Under the pieces are notes generated by a model. That model did no database searches and was not told where the DNA came from. It saw only the letters and a program-made list of their open reading frames with translations. The translations under genes were made by a program, and so were the position numbers. Below, one piece after another: positions 38,401 through 51,775 of a DNA stretch of 64,000 nucleotides. The number at the start of each line of letters is the position of its first letter. Within the stretch, counting starts at the first letter, position 1. This stretch comes from Lingula anatina (taxonomy: Eukaryota > Animalia > Brachiopoda): assembly GCA_051362555.1 (NCBI GenBank), contig CM120649.1, positions 2,914,001 to 2,978,000 of the forward strand, read 5' to 3'.

Positions 38401-38890
38401 GCGACGACAGACGCAGATGATGGCTATATGTACAGACACATCTGTGTCTGTACATAATAATTTCCAAAATTTTTGCTAATCTTTGAAAAAAAAATTGGAT
38501 TTTGGTTGCATTTTTAAAGTTTGTTCCTTTCCATTGTTTCTGCTTTGGACTGAAGTATCTATTGTCCCTGGCTGTTGCCCATGCAGTAGGTGTAAAAGTT
38601 TCCTTTTTTTTTGTTTTCAGAGACGTTCTGTTTCCTAAATTTAGTTAATCGTTTACTTTCACCTATCTCTTCAATCAAAACATTTCTTTTAATTTTTTAT
38701 GAACTGTTTATATTTCATTCTTTAAAGTCAACACATCCATAAGATTTTCAAATTTAAATGTCTTTTTTTAAAAAACTTATATTATGAAGTGTATATATAT
38801 ACACAAATGCAAAAGTTGTAAGATGGTTATCAAACAAAGTTCAAGCTAGATAGGCCTATTTATACTTACAATATATGAATCAATATCCAT
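25358..38890 (-). CDS. ZNFX1: ZNFX1-like copy 2 (chimeric); join(38870..38890,32088..32182,25937..31224,25358..25545), about 1863 aa
   Basis: Same GT-AG sites and phases as copy 1; 5592 nt is divisible by 3; helicase motifs, NF-X1 fingers and RZ finger are intact. Confidence 0.82.
25613..25729. mobile_element. Degraded hAT-like MITE in intron 3 of copy 2, same family as 14478..14645; orthologue at 54482..54610
   Basis: CAGGGGC...GCCC(CT)G ends with 5-bp TSD ACTTA; empty site in copy 1 at ~3738. Confidence 0.75.
25937..31224 (-). CDS. ZNFX1: ZNFX1 copy 2 main exon (5288 nt)
   Basis: Lies within ORF 25848..31271; acceptor TTCAAG|G, donor AAT G|GTAAGT. Confidence 0.95.
33253..34107 (+). mobile_element. 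LINE 3'-end fragment (ORF 33229..33867 still open) with (TAAA)n tail
   Basis: Duplicate of 11615..12443; 212-aa frame resembling a non-LTR ORF2 C-terminus. Confidence 0.8.
34867..38456 (-). mobile_element. HINE family A (3.6 kb) with 161-bp satellite arrays, in intron 1 of copy 2
   Basis: Minus strand: ATGTACAGACA-CAGATG-TGTCTGTACAT subTIR/IR, (GTCGCC)n microsatellite, 161-bp repeats (for example 38061 and 38222), 3' subTIR TGTCTGTACAT and hairpin GACAGCTTTGCTGCC. No TSD; empty site at ~13820. Confidence 0.85.
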
Positions 38891-40257
38891 TTAATTTAAA
38901 AAGTGTATTGTGAAGTAGTTATACATAAGACAATACATAAGAAAACAGATTATTTTGAAAAATAAACATGATAAATGCACAAACGACCGCTTCACAGCGA
39001 TTGCTTCTGTTGCTACTGCTTGTCTTCTCCAAAGCAATCCGTGACGTAGAACTTTCATTTTTGACTCTGGTTTTTCCAAGGTAATCGTTTGGTATCTCCC
39101 CGTGAAAAAATTACTAACACCATCTAAAGAACACACGTTTGTAAGTCTTAAACTCTAGAACTACGACTAAGCACCTGACTTTTTCGAAAAATAAAAGACA
39201 GCAAATTTACACGTCCGATCTCAATCAAGCTGATCGAGACGCGCGCTGCAGCACTGTTCTTTCTGCTTCCGACTCGTGCACACCAGCTCCGACAAATTTG
39301 GGTGCTCCTTAGTAATTTAAGACTTAACTCTACACCACAGGTGCACCCACACTACGAAGTAACTCTGAAAGATTGTTACGGTTGAATTTCTCTCGAGGAT
39401 AAATCTTACTACCCGCAATTATGTTATTTAATCAGCTTAATTCTTGATCACCTTCTAGCCACGTCACGTTGATAATTACTTACCATTCGCCGTGAATAAC
39501 TCTCTGCGTTTACCTATCAGTTCACTGTTTCTCTTTCTGACTGATGGTGGGAGGTGTCTTGCTCAAACAACACAGGTTTCGCTTTAAGTACCAGGAAATA
39601 TTTTATCAGCTGAGACTAAAGAATCAATGACGTCACGCCAGGCTGAAAATAAACACTTCTGCGCAGGCGAATAGGCCGTAATCGTAAGCCTGAGAGATGT
39701 TGTTTTACTCCCACATCACGCAGCTGGAAGGTCGATTCAGAACTAATATAATGGAGTATTTTGCCACCGAAATCCGTGAAGTTCCTTCCACGAAAACTGT
39801 CGACGAAAACAGTGTTCAGTTTCAAACACCCGCAATAAGTAATGCAAGGATACAACGCGTAAGGTAAAACCTGGCGGTGCCTAGGCCACATTGTCCAATC
39901 ATAGGACGCAATTGGACATAAATCTGCATATGCATGAATCAAGCTGACCTAATTTCACCCAATTTCTGGGTCACTAGTCTCACGCTTTACTACGGATACT
40001 ACACAGCTAAATTAATGCCCAGCAAGCGAAAAGACAGAAAGAATTAAAGGGTAAGGTTTTTACACATATATACAAGGCTTCCTAACTACTAGTACGTGCC
40101 ATAATGATCTATAGAATATTATACGCGTGTTTGTGTATGTGCATTGTATGTGACAAAAATCCCTGTACTAGTAACAGATTTAATTTTACAGTCAGGTAGA
40201 AACAAACAATGTGGAGAAACTTTACACAGAGGAGGACTCAACAGAACCTCTTACAAA

Positions 40258-40296
<39 letters not shown>

Positions 40297-41503
40297 AAAA
40301 ATAAAATAAAATAAAATAAAAATATGCTCATCATCTCCAGCTTTTACTGGTTCGAGACATCATTTGCCTGATACTGCTGTGAGGTATGTACATATTTTAA
40401 GTAAAATGAAATAAGCCCTACATATGCATTATTTATGGCCATGATAATATTACATATGATGCTTAGTTATTTTGGTGACTATGAGTTTTGGTGTTTTTTA
40501 GAAAATATATTTTCATTGTGATAACACAAATCAAAATCGGATTCTATTATTTCACATTGAAAACATTTTTATGTGAAAATCTCATGTGAGTGGCAATTCA
40601 GTTTACATTTTCAAACCAAGTATAATTATATTAACTTTCTAAATATTTTATGGAGTAGTTAAAGAAATGTTGTACAAACAGTATTTTATATTATAATTGT
40701 TAAGTTATTCCAATGGATTTTTAATTCAAAGTCGGTATACACTATTGAAGCAAATATTTTTTTCATTTCTTTTCTTCTGCTCAAATTAAGCAACTTGACC
40801 TAAACAGCAGAAATAAAAAAAAATGATGAGCCTGTCCTTGTGCATATAGGGAGCAAGTGAATCAGTGGTTCAGTACCTATACCAGATATGCAGGAGACAA
40901 AAAGATTAAAATGTACTTAATTAATTAAAAAATATCAACTAGGCCAGATCAATGGATCAAGTTTGTTCCCTTTCCATTATATTATAAATGAGCTAAATTG
41001 ACTTTTTAAAAAAGGATTTTGTACAGGACGAGTGGTCTTTTATTTATATACATGTTTACTATACATGCTTACTATACATGCTTTATTTCTTTAGCTTATC
41101 TCCTTGTAGGCCAGCTGAACCTGTGGAATATAAGTCACCAAACATTTTGTAACTTTGTTGTGAAAGACAGACTGATACATAGGATGGAGGTTCTACGATT
41201 GAACGAACTGACCTCACTGTTCTAGGCTGAAGTTGAAAAACATTCAGTTGGCGATACATCTAGTTTTAGGCGAACATTAACTAGTGATTTTTTTTTATCA
41301 AAAATCTGGTCATTGATTGAAGATTTTTTTAAGGAAAGGGTAATAAAAGTATAGTTGTTCAGTTTAGTTAGGATTTCATTACAGTACACACTTAATTGCT
41401 TTACAATAATCACTCAGAGAGTGAAGTATGGATTTTGAGTCATTGTTGCACATCATCTTAAGCTTATTTCCGTTTATATTATTCAGAAAGGATAAACTCA
41501 AAA

Positions 41504-43280
41504 TATGGAAGCGTGTAAGGGTCACAACACCAACACCAAAAACAAACTTCACAACACCAACACTAAAAACAAAACTCACAACACCAAAAACAAAACTCAC
41601 AACACCAACACCAAAAACAAACTTCACAACACCAACACCAAAAACAAAACTCACAACACCAACACCAAAAACAAACTTCACAACACCAACACCAAAAACA
41701 AAACTCACAACACCAAACAAAGAGCGATTTAAACAAACCTGAGTATCATGTATACTGTATCATGTCTGCATTAGATAACCACTCTACTTGACCCACTTCA
41801 GTGGCCATTAAAGAACAATCAATTGTCAAGTTTAAGGCCCTTTGATTGAACAACCATATTTTCTCTCATATTTTAGTTTAGAGGTAAAAACTTAAATAGG
41901 ATAGAAAATATGGTTACTTTGGTTGCTTGGCACGGCTGTCTATCCTGCTTCTGTGAAAAAATCTTAGATGATCTGATTAAGATTAAAATAGACCATTTTC
42001 TCTAGAAGGGTTGGAATTGCCACTACTCTTTAATTTGCAACCTTGACAAGTGATTGATTGTTCTTCAATGACTACTGAAGTCGGTCAAGTTGGCATAGTA
42101 ACTTGGTGCAAACATAATACATATGATTCTCAAGTTTGCTACTAGACTTGTGTTTAAAATGCTCCCCGTGCTTGTTGTTGCCAAAACAACCAAAGTAACC
42201 ATATTTTCTATCCTATTTTAGTTTTTACCTTTAAACTAAAATATGATAGAATATATGGTTGTTCAATCAAAGGGCCTTAAACCATTGCAAGCTAATTAAC
42301 TTTGAGACACTTCTCGGGCTTAACATTCAGAAGTCATGCGTACCTCGCTTCTGAATGTTAAATCGTTTAAGTCATGTTTAACAACTTCTGTAGTTGAGGC
42401 TGATGCCTGAATATCACATAATCAGCGTTCTTCGCCAGAACTATGAGAAAAACATGATTTTTGAATAATTGGCGATCCTCAAATGTAGCTTGGATTGGAA
42501 TAGATTCAAAAATTGACAGTTGACTCTTAATTTGTTCTACGTTACGTTATTATTTCTACAAGGACCACACCTTACATTACTGGTGAGCTTTATTTTAATA
42601 AACACTGTGCCCCAACAGCCGCACAGCTGAATCCAAAATCTCAATTAAGCTTTATTGTGTAAAAAAGTAAGACACAAACTTAACATCTTGAAGGGTTGGA
42701 ACTGCCTCTACTCTTTAATGTGTAGGCTTGACAATTGATTGATTATTCTTTAATGGCCACTGAAGTGGGTCAAGTGTGAGTGGTCATATAGTGCAGACAT
42801 GATACGGTTTACATGATACTCAGGTTTGTTTAAAACGCTCTTTGTTTGGTGTTGTGAGTTTTGTTTTTGGTGTTGGTGTTGTGAGTTTTGTTTTTGGTGT
42901 TGGTGTTGTGAGCTTTGTTTTTGGTGTTGGTGTTGTGAAGTTTGTTTTTGGTGTTGGTGTTGTGAGCTTTGTTTTTGGTGTTGGTGTTGTGAAGTTTGTT
43001 TTTGGTGTTGGTTTTGTGAGTTTTGTTTTTGGTGTTGTTGTTGTGAGTTTTGTTTTTGGTGTTGGTGTTGTGAGGTTTGTTTTTGGTGTTGGTGTTGTGA
43101 GTTTTGTTTTTGGTGTTGGTGTTGTGAAGTTTGTTTTTGGTGTTGGTGTTGTGAGTTTTGTTTTTGGTGTTGGTGTTGTGAAGTTTATTTTTGGTGTTGG
43201 TGTTGTGAGTTTTGTTTTTGGTGTTGGTGTTGTGAGTTTTGTTTTTGGTGTTGGTGTTGTGACCCTTACACGCTTCCATA
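41504..43280. mobile_element. Duplicate of the TATGG foldback element, with the right 27-bp array expanded to about 16 units
   Basis: Same termini and TCAAAA flanks; array at 42845-43262. Confidence 0.85.
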
Positions 43281-43723
43281 TCAAAATATGGCTTATGAGA
43301 GATTTTCCACAGCTTGTTTTTCATAAAAGTCGGAGAAATGCAAGTTCTGGTACATACATCAAGGACAGAAACTGAGGAGGAAGAAGGAGACAGTTCCAAG
43401 GAGAAGAACAGCAGAAATGAATGATGGAAAACTGGTGTGATACTTAAAAACACCACACCATGACCTCTCTCTTCCAGTGAATTTACATATGTATCAGCCA
43501 AAGAAGTTGTTCCAAATGAGCTTATTTTCTTTCTTGGGCCATTTCGGCTTCTAAAGAGCCAACACTAGATAATCTCTCTTTGTCAAAAGAAACTCACACC
43601 AAGCTGCTGTCAATCTGTCAAGATATTGTATAATTAGCATTTAAAGGGAGGAAAATTACTCAGAAGTAACTGGCTCTGTCTCTGACAACAGTTAAGACAC
43701 TTCCCAACTGCTCATTATTGATA

Positions 43724-46351
43724 AACAAGGCAGCAAAGCTGTCAAATGTACAGACAAAAAACAGGAAATAACTATGCACAAAATAGGCTACTGTCAATTC
43801 TGATGCAAAAGTACATTATGTTAAACTGCAAATTCAACATCAAATTTTAATTATGCTCAAGCAGCACCCAAAATTGTGTTTTCTTCTATTCTGATGCAAT
43901 ATTACATAATGGTTAACAGCATAATGACCGTCAATTTTTAATAATAAAATATACATGGATTTTCAGAAAATGTGACTAGCATGGGTCTTCAAGCCCGTGG
44001 AACTTCAAAGTTACACCTTGAAAATGCCAATATGTGAAAAATTAAATTTTCACAAAAAAACTGTTTAACTGGCAGTAAGAATTACCAAACAGACTGCATT
44101 GCCTACTGAAGCTGTATTTTAGTCCCATGTTTCTTTCCTGTAAGTTTGAGAACAGTAAGTGACATGGTTTTTCTTAAATGGTCATCATGGGGGCAGTGCC
44201 CAAAATAGTTTTTTTTTTCAAATTTTGATGCAATATTACATAATGTTTAACAGCATAATGATGAGTATTATGGATATTCAGAAAATGTTACTAGCAAAGG
44301 TCTTCAGGCCCATGGAACTTCAAAGTCACAACTTGAAAATGCCAAAATGTAAACAAGACAACACTGTTCTGAAATTTTTTTTCCATTTTTAACAATTTTT
44401 AACATAAAACAAAATTAACAGTTTACTGCCGTTTTTATATGATCAACTAAGAAAATTGATGAGATGGGAAAAATATCAATAGAGCAGTGTTAAATGTCCA
44501 ATTTCTTCCATTCTGAGATTCTGAACATAGTGAATGTCAATGATTGAATCTGACAAACTGCAATGATATGAGTTTATTTCCATTTTTTGAAACTTTATTA
44601 CACAATACACGATAACAAGTTTACCATCATTTTTACATAATCAACTAATAATGTTGTAAAGATGCAGGAAATGCCAAACAAACACTTTTACTTATCTTAC
44701 TAATTAAATAATGAAACATGCATGTTAACATGCCTAAGAATTAAATCTGAGGAAATGTGAAAAAACAGCATTTCTTCAAAATAATGGCCCAATTAAGCTG
44801 ATTTTTAAACTCAACCTGCGTTTTAGCAGGAATGACCACTCCTGTGAGTTTACTGACAATTGGCCTATCTGTTTTTCTTATTTTGTGTTTACAGTGTTGC
44901 ATATATGCTGAAAAGTGAAAAAAAAAGCATAACTAAAATAGTGGCCCGATCATGCCTATTTTCTAACTTGACCTGCGTTATAGTAAGATTGATTACTCCT
45001 ATGAGTTTCATGACAACAGGCCTAACGGTTTTCCTTGAAATGTGTTTACAGTGTTGCATATATGCTGAAAAGTGAAAAAACAGCATAAGTTCTACAATAA
45101 TGGCCCGATCATGCTGATTTTCGGACTTGACCTGCGTTTTATGGATATTCATCAGCTCTGTAAATATACAGCCAAAAAGTAAAACTGCCTTCCACTTATC
45201 GCATTTACAATGAAAGTGCACGGCGACAGTGACAGTGACAGTGATGGCAACGCCAGCCACGACAGACGCAGGTGATGGCAATATGTACAGACACATCTGT
45301 ACATATTTACTGTACTGTTTGAGAACAGTAAGTGACATGGTTTTTCTTAAATGGTCATCATGGGAGCAGTGCCCAAAATAAGTTTTTTTTCAAATTTTGA
45401 TGCAATATTACATAATGTTAAACAGCTTAATGACCATCAATTTTTAATAATAAAATATTAGTATCATGGATATTCAGAAAATGTGACTAGCAAAGGTCTT
45501 CAGGCCCATGGAACTTCAAAGTCACAACTTGAAAATGCCAAAATGTAAACAAGACAGCACTGTTCTGAAATGTTTTTTTTTCATTTTTAACAATTTTTTT
45601 AACATAAACAAAATTAACAGGTTACTGCCATTTTTATACGATCAACTAAGAAAATTGATGAGATGGGAAAAATATCAATACCACAGTGTTAAATGTCCAA
45701 TTTCCTCCATCCTGAGATTCTGAACATAGTGAATGATTGCATCTGACAAACTGCAATGATATGAGTTTATTTCCATTTTTGACACTTTATTACACAATAC
45801 ACGATAACAAGTTTACCATCATTTTTACATAATCAACTAACAATGTTGTAAAGATTCAGGAAATGTCAAACAAACACTTTTATGTATCTTATTAGTAAAA
45901 TAATAAGACTGTTAACATGCCTAAGAATTGAATCTGAGGAAATGTGAAAAAACAGCATAACTTCTAAAGTAATGGCCCGATCATGCCGATTTTCGAACTT
46001 GACCTGCGTTTTAGTAAGATTGATTACTCCTGTGAGTTTCATGACAACAGGCCTAACGGTGTTCCTTAAAATGTGTTTACAGGGTTGCATATATGCTGAA
46101 AAGTGAAAAAACAGCATAAGTTCTACAATAATGGCCCGATCATGCTGATTTTCGAACTTGACCTGCGTTTTATGAATATTCATCAGCTCTGTAAATATAA
46201 AGCCAAAAAGTAAAACTGTCCTCCACTTATCGTGTTTACAAGGAAAGTGCACGGCATCGGCGACGGCATCGGCATCGGCATCGGCGACGGCATCGACGAC
46301 GACAGACGCAGATGATGGCAATATGTACAGACACATCTGTGTCTGTAAATA
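43724..46351 (-). mobile_element. HINE family A, second insertion (2.6 kb), with an internal head-to-tail duplication
   Basis: Same termini as 34867..38456; an extra 5' end at ~45220-45305; empty site at ~18887. Confidence 0.8.
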
Positions 46352-47677
46352 AATAGCAACATCATATACTTAACCACTGTAGGCCTTGAGGCCAGTATTG
46401 TCTGACTCTAGTTGCTGTCTTCCAATGATATACCAGCAGGTTTCATCAGAGGATTTCCCACAATTCTGTTACAATTCTGGGACAATATTGACTTTAAGGA
46501 AGAAAAAAACTCACTGGGGCTATGGTGATTAGAATTTTGCTGTGACTTTTTACAAAGAGATTTAAATATGAATGTCCCTCTTGTAATATATTCTCTTTTC
46601 TGTATATGAACATGTAAAGATAAACTCCCAAATATGTTTGTCCTAATCGAATCTTTTATGTGGTTTACATATTAATCTGGAATACATTTAGCATGAAAAT
46701 GTTAGAGAAAAGCTTCAGTATACATAGAATTATTGCCCCATTGTTTTGGTCCTTTTACCATATTTTTATTTTATTATAATTTTTTTTTCAACAAAGGCCC
46801 TGTTTTATCTTATTCTATATATTAAATCATTTATAAGAATTTGCTTCTGAAAAAATCATTTTAAATAGAATGTTCACCGTCAACCCAACGGTGATTGTTA
46901 TGCGATGAACGTTGGACATAAGACGCGAGGCCATCATTGTCTAAATTATATAGAGGTCAGCGATAGTCCGAAGGTTCAATAGTCCGAAGGTTCATTGGTC
47001 CGAATGTTCACTATAGAACCTTCGGACCAATGAACCCTTGATTAAAAAATCGATAAAAATGTCACCACTTTTTGGACCAATGAACCCTTCCGACCAATGA
47101 ACCTTCGGACTATCGAGACGCCCCCGCTCTACCTGTAGTGGAGGCCATATGATCCAAACGCAGCTGACTTTGTGAGTGGGGTGCACTAACCCTATTATCC
47201 TTTGATATCTTTCCTTGCGATTCCAGTCATGTGTATTATTTGTCCAAGACCGTATCGAGCGCGTACCCTCTACCAGGGCCACAGGTTGATTTTTCACCAG
47301 ATATCCACAGATAATTTTTCTCACAAAATATGGTCAATCTTCTAACTGTGGCTGGTGGAAAATATGCCAATAATATATCCCGCCCTGGTAGAGAGTAGCA
47401 AGCATGAAGGCTTCATTCAAGCGATTCTTCACGAAATAAGCGGTGATATGTGAGAGAGAGTCCTCCATGATAGAGAGTCTGCTTACCATTCATTTGTACA
47501 GGTAAGCCTCGCTCTAGATTTTGATCCACTAAGGTCATACGTGCTAACCCTTACCACTATGACTATAAGAAGGGGGGACTTTCTGTTACATGGACTCTCA
47601 GTCTTGGTACACCAGCACTGTATTCGGCATCACTCAATGTAAAAAGGACCCAATTTTCCTGTGCTTCATGAAGCACT

Positions 47678-48291
47678 CACCCTGAGCTTCAGAGCTAACT
47701 TGACACTAACCTTTTCACTGTAGCCTATCTCCATCGTGTCAAGTAACCTCTGACCAGATTCGAGTGCCCCCGCCGCCCGCCAATCAAATTTAAAGCCCGC
47801 ACTCAATGACTCATTGAACGATCTAGCCAATGAACGCGAACGAGTCAAAGCGCGCTTTGTTCAAATCCGGACCAATCAAAGATAAGGCTGAATGTCAGGG
47901 ACTTGCCGTAACCTGTGGGCAGCACGCAAAATACATCATCCCTCAGTAGATAATGATGCAGGGCATCATACTGCTCTGGTTTCAATTCCGATATACTCCA
48001 TGCTTTCTTTGTGTACGGTTATGCACTCGGAACCACTCGGAACTACTCGGATGTCTCCGCACTCGACAATAACTATGTTGTTAGTATGGAGCTTGCGGAA
48101 TCAGCCGAGGATTGCCGATTGACGATCAACCAATCAGCGTTTTCGCCAAACTTTGGTGAAAAATTTTGAAACATGGATTCGATTGGCTTATATAAAATAG
48201 GTCAAACTATTTTCGTCAGAGGTTACTTGACACGATGGAGATAGGCTACAGTGAAAAGGTTAGTGTCAAGTTAGCTCTGAAGCTCAGGGTG
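47678..48291. mobile_element. MULE-like MITE (614 bp) with ~77-bp perfect TIRs and 9-bp TSD
   Basis: TSD TGAAGCACT (47669-47677 and 48292-48300); TIR CACCCTGAGCTTCAGAGCTAAC...; empty site at ~20275. Confidence 0.9.
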
Positions 48292-48376
48292 TGAAGCACT
48301 ATGCTCTTCTTTCACATTAAATTTCAACTTCCAATTACGTTGAACATGATATGATGCCTTAATGTTAGTTTTCTAA

Positions 48377-49895
48377 TAAAGGGAACCGGAGAAGATCAGC
48401 ATTGGTCAGAATTGTGCCGGAAGTGACGTGCAGTGGTGTTAGAAACGAAGCTGAGTGGTCATTTTAACATAGAGGTGAACGGCAGTGAAGACGGGTTGTC
48501 GGAGGAAAAAGAAGTTTTCTAAACAACATGGTAAGATAACACTTTTTCTTTACGCATTTTGGGCAGAGAAAACTTGTAGAAATAATAAATGCATGATATG
48601 AAAACGTGACACGGAACTTGAAGGTGCAAAATCGTGCTTAATTGGCGGTCAACTTGTTTTAAAATGAATGCTGCATCGACCGCCATTGCGACAAAGAGTG
48701 TAAATGGAAAATAATTCCCGGGAGGCTGTAAATCGTTGCCATGTGGAAATTTGGCATTAATATAATCCGATATGTCCATATCTAAGTATTTTTGGGGTGT
48801 ATGAGCTGCAATTACAACGATGTTTTAGAGGTCTTGAAGGACCTTGTGAAAACAAGGAAGTAGTTCGTAACTAACAAGTGAAATGTACCGATCTCCGACT
48901 GCTGTGCACAGCTGTATCTTTTTTTCAATATATTGACGAATTTTTGTCACAGGACAAATAAAACATTTCACTGACAAGATCTTCCCAAAAAGACAAAAAG
49001 AAAATTCAGGTGAGCTGACAGGTAATTAAGACTAGCTCAAAGTACTAATAATTGACATTATTATGCAATACTCAGTTGGTAAAACGATTCTCACAGGTAG
49101 ATAACATGTAACATGACCAATTTCTATAGGCTAATGATTGCCAGCCTGAGGAAATTGATTGCCAGTCTCTTTTGTCAGTGATTTTTAACTCAGATAAGAG
49201 GCTGTCAGAATGTCACCTTTGTCTTGGCATTTGTCACTGATTAGCGCCTTCCCCAGTGTAAAAGGTATATCAGTGTGATCATGTGTGTGGAATTTCATGC
49301 CAGATGGACATATAAAGATCTAAAAATTCGTCAATATATTAAAAAAAAGATACAGCTGTGCACAGCAGTCGGAGATCGGTACATTCCACTTGTTAGTTAC
49401 GAACTACTTCCTGGTTTTCACAAGGTCCTTCAAGACCTCTAAAACATCGTTGTAATTGCAGCCCATACCATAAAACACCCAAAAATACTTAGATATGGAC
49501 ATATCGGATTATATTAATGCCAAATTTGCACATGACAACGATTTATAGACTCCCGGGAATTATTTCCCCTTTACCCTTTTTGTCGCGCTGGCGGTCGACG
49601 CAGCATTTATTTCTAAACAAGTTGACCGCAAATTAAGCACGATTTTGCACCTTCAAGTTCCGTGTCACGTTTTCATATCATGCATTTATTATTTCTACAA
49701 GTTTTCTCTGCCCAAAATGCGTAAAGAAAAAGTGTTATCTTACCGTTGTTTAGAAAACTTCTTTTTCCTCCGACAACCCGTCTTCACTGCCGTTCACCTC
49801 TATGTTAAAATGACCACTCAGCTTCGTTTCTAACACCACTGCACGTCACTTCCGGCACAATTCTGACCAATGCTGATCTTCTCCGGTTCCCTTTA
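48377..49895. mobile_element. Long-TIR foldback DNA transposon (1.5 kb; ~565-bp arms, ~375-bp spacer)
   Basis: TAAAGGGAACCGGAGAAGATCAGC and GCTGATCTTCTCCGGTTCCCTTTA; arms 48377-48945 and 49322-49895; empty site at ~20358. Confidence 0.9.
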
Positions 49896-50229
49896 TTTCA
49901 TTTTGTGATTCTTTTCACCATGAAACAACCTGAAACACTGAATTATGGTTACATCAGGCACCACTAACCCATATAGCTTCATCACAAATATTTTTTGTAA
50001 TAAATAAAAAAGATTATATTGTCGCAACTTGTTTTTATTGGTAAAAGCACGCAACTGTGTAATAGATATAGAAGTATTTATTTTACCTGAAGAGATAAAA
50101 AGATAGTGTATTTGCACAACCACAACCAGTCAGTTACAAAAGAGTGAATCTATATGTTACAATGAATAAAACACTTAATTTAAACAAAATAACTAATCCA
50201 ATACATACACCCATTTAATAATATAACTA

Positions 50230-51775
50230 AACTAGAGGATCAGAGAGGCAATACCGCCTTCTGTTATAGTACCACCAGCTGGAGTAAGCGCATTCGTATG
50301 GAAAACCAAAAAAAAAACAGGTCACCACCACCACCACCAGTGTTAAGCTTGACAAGCTCTATAAAATGCAATAAACAAGAGTTCTCAAAATATGCAAAAA
50401 GAAGTGAAAAAACAGCATAACTGTAAAAACAGTCTGATCAAGCTTATTTTCGAATTAAGCTGTATTTTTGTAATATTGATCACTCCTGTGATTTTCAAGA
50501 CAGTAGACATATGGGTTTTCCTTGAAATGTGTTATCAGCGTTGCATATGTGTTGGATAAAAAGAAAACCCAGGAGAAACACTGGGCACATCTCTGCCAGA
50601 TTTGAAGATATGAGGGGCAGAAAATATGCAAAGTTCAGTTCATGGTGAAAAGTAGGTCAAAGGTCAATTTCAGAGTCACTGTTAGATTGGCATTATATGT
50701 CTTCCTATTCAAGTTCAATAGTAACTATGCGCATTTCTTTGTCAGTTTTGGAGATGTAAGAGCTAGAAGATTTGCAAAGTTCAGTTCATGGTGAAAAGTA
50801 GGTCATATGTCAATTTCACGGTCACAGTAAGATTGCCAGTATACGACTTCTTATTCAAGTTCAACAGTAACTATGGGCGTATCTTTGCCAGTTTTCCAGA
50901 TATAAAGGATAGAAAATTTGCAAAGTTCAGTTCATGGTGAGAAATAGGTCAAAGGTCAATTTCAAGGTCACAGTTACATAGCCAGTATATGGCTTCCTAT
51001 TCAAGTTCAATAGTAAATATGGGCGTATCCCGGTCAGTTTTCGATATAAGAGACAGCAAATTTGCAGAGTTCAGTTTATGGTGAAAAGTAGGTCAAAGGT
51101 CGTTTTCAAGGTCACACAAACATTGACAAGCTCTACAGAATGCAACAAACAAGAGGTCTCTAGTATTTATGGTTCCAGAATAAGAGAGTTTTCAGTTTTA
51201 GCATCTAATGGCTGCTTCTCCTGTGAAAATGCACCGATTGACCCCAAACTCCCAAAGATGAAAGGAGTCCCTAATTGTAACCCTACACTATGATATGAGA
51301 GCTTAGGTCTGTGTAGTTTCTGAAAATTGGCACAAACAAATATTTTTTTTGCAGAAAATTCCCATTTTTAGAAAATTTTGGCCTGTTTGACCTTGGAATA
51401 AAGGTCAAAATTCAAATCCAAGGGCATATTTGGAATCTCCACATGACTTTCCATCAAGCTTCTGTAGAAATTTTTCCCATAATTCCTTCAGTTTGGGAGA
51501 TATTTAGCATTGAATTTTCAAAAATTCTGACAAGGGTGCGTTTGAACGAGCGCCACGCCCAGGCCAATGCACCGAGACAAAAAAACCAGGGGGTTTCAGT
51601 TGAGATTATATGTGACCTAAATCCAAGAGATGGGGACACAGGTCCTTGCGGTCTAGGAGGAGAAGCGGTAATGGTGACTTGTATCCCACGCCATCCCGCG
51701 GAGCCGGCGGAGCTGTACGAGACGGGTCGGGACTAAAACCATGAGTACCGCCAGCGTACACGCTGGTGGTACTAA
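50230..51775 (-). mobile_element. HINE family B, duplicate of 20692..22272
   Basis: Near-identical sequence and flanks. Confidence 0.75.

Noticed and set aside
42820-43501. Cys/Trp-rich, Thr/Pro/Lys-rich and Val/Phe/Gly-rich ORFs (also 16878-17235 and 41379-41742)
   Set aside because: Multi-frame translations of a stop-free 27-bp minisatellite inside a transposon arm.
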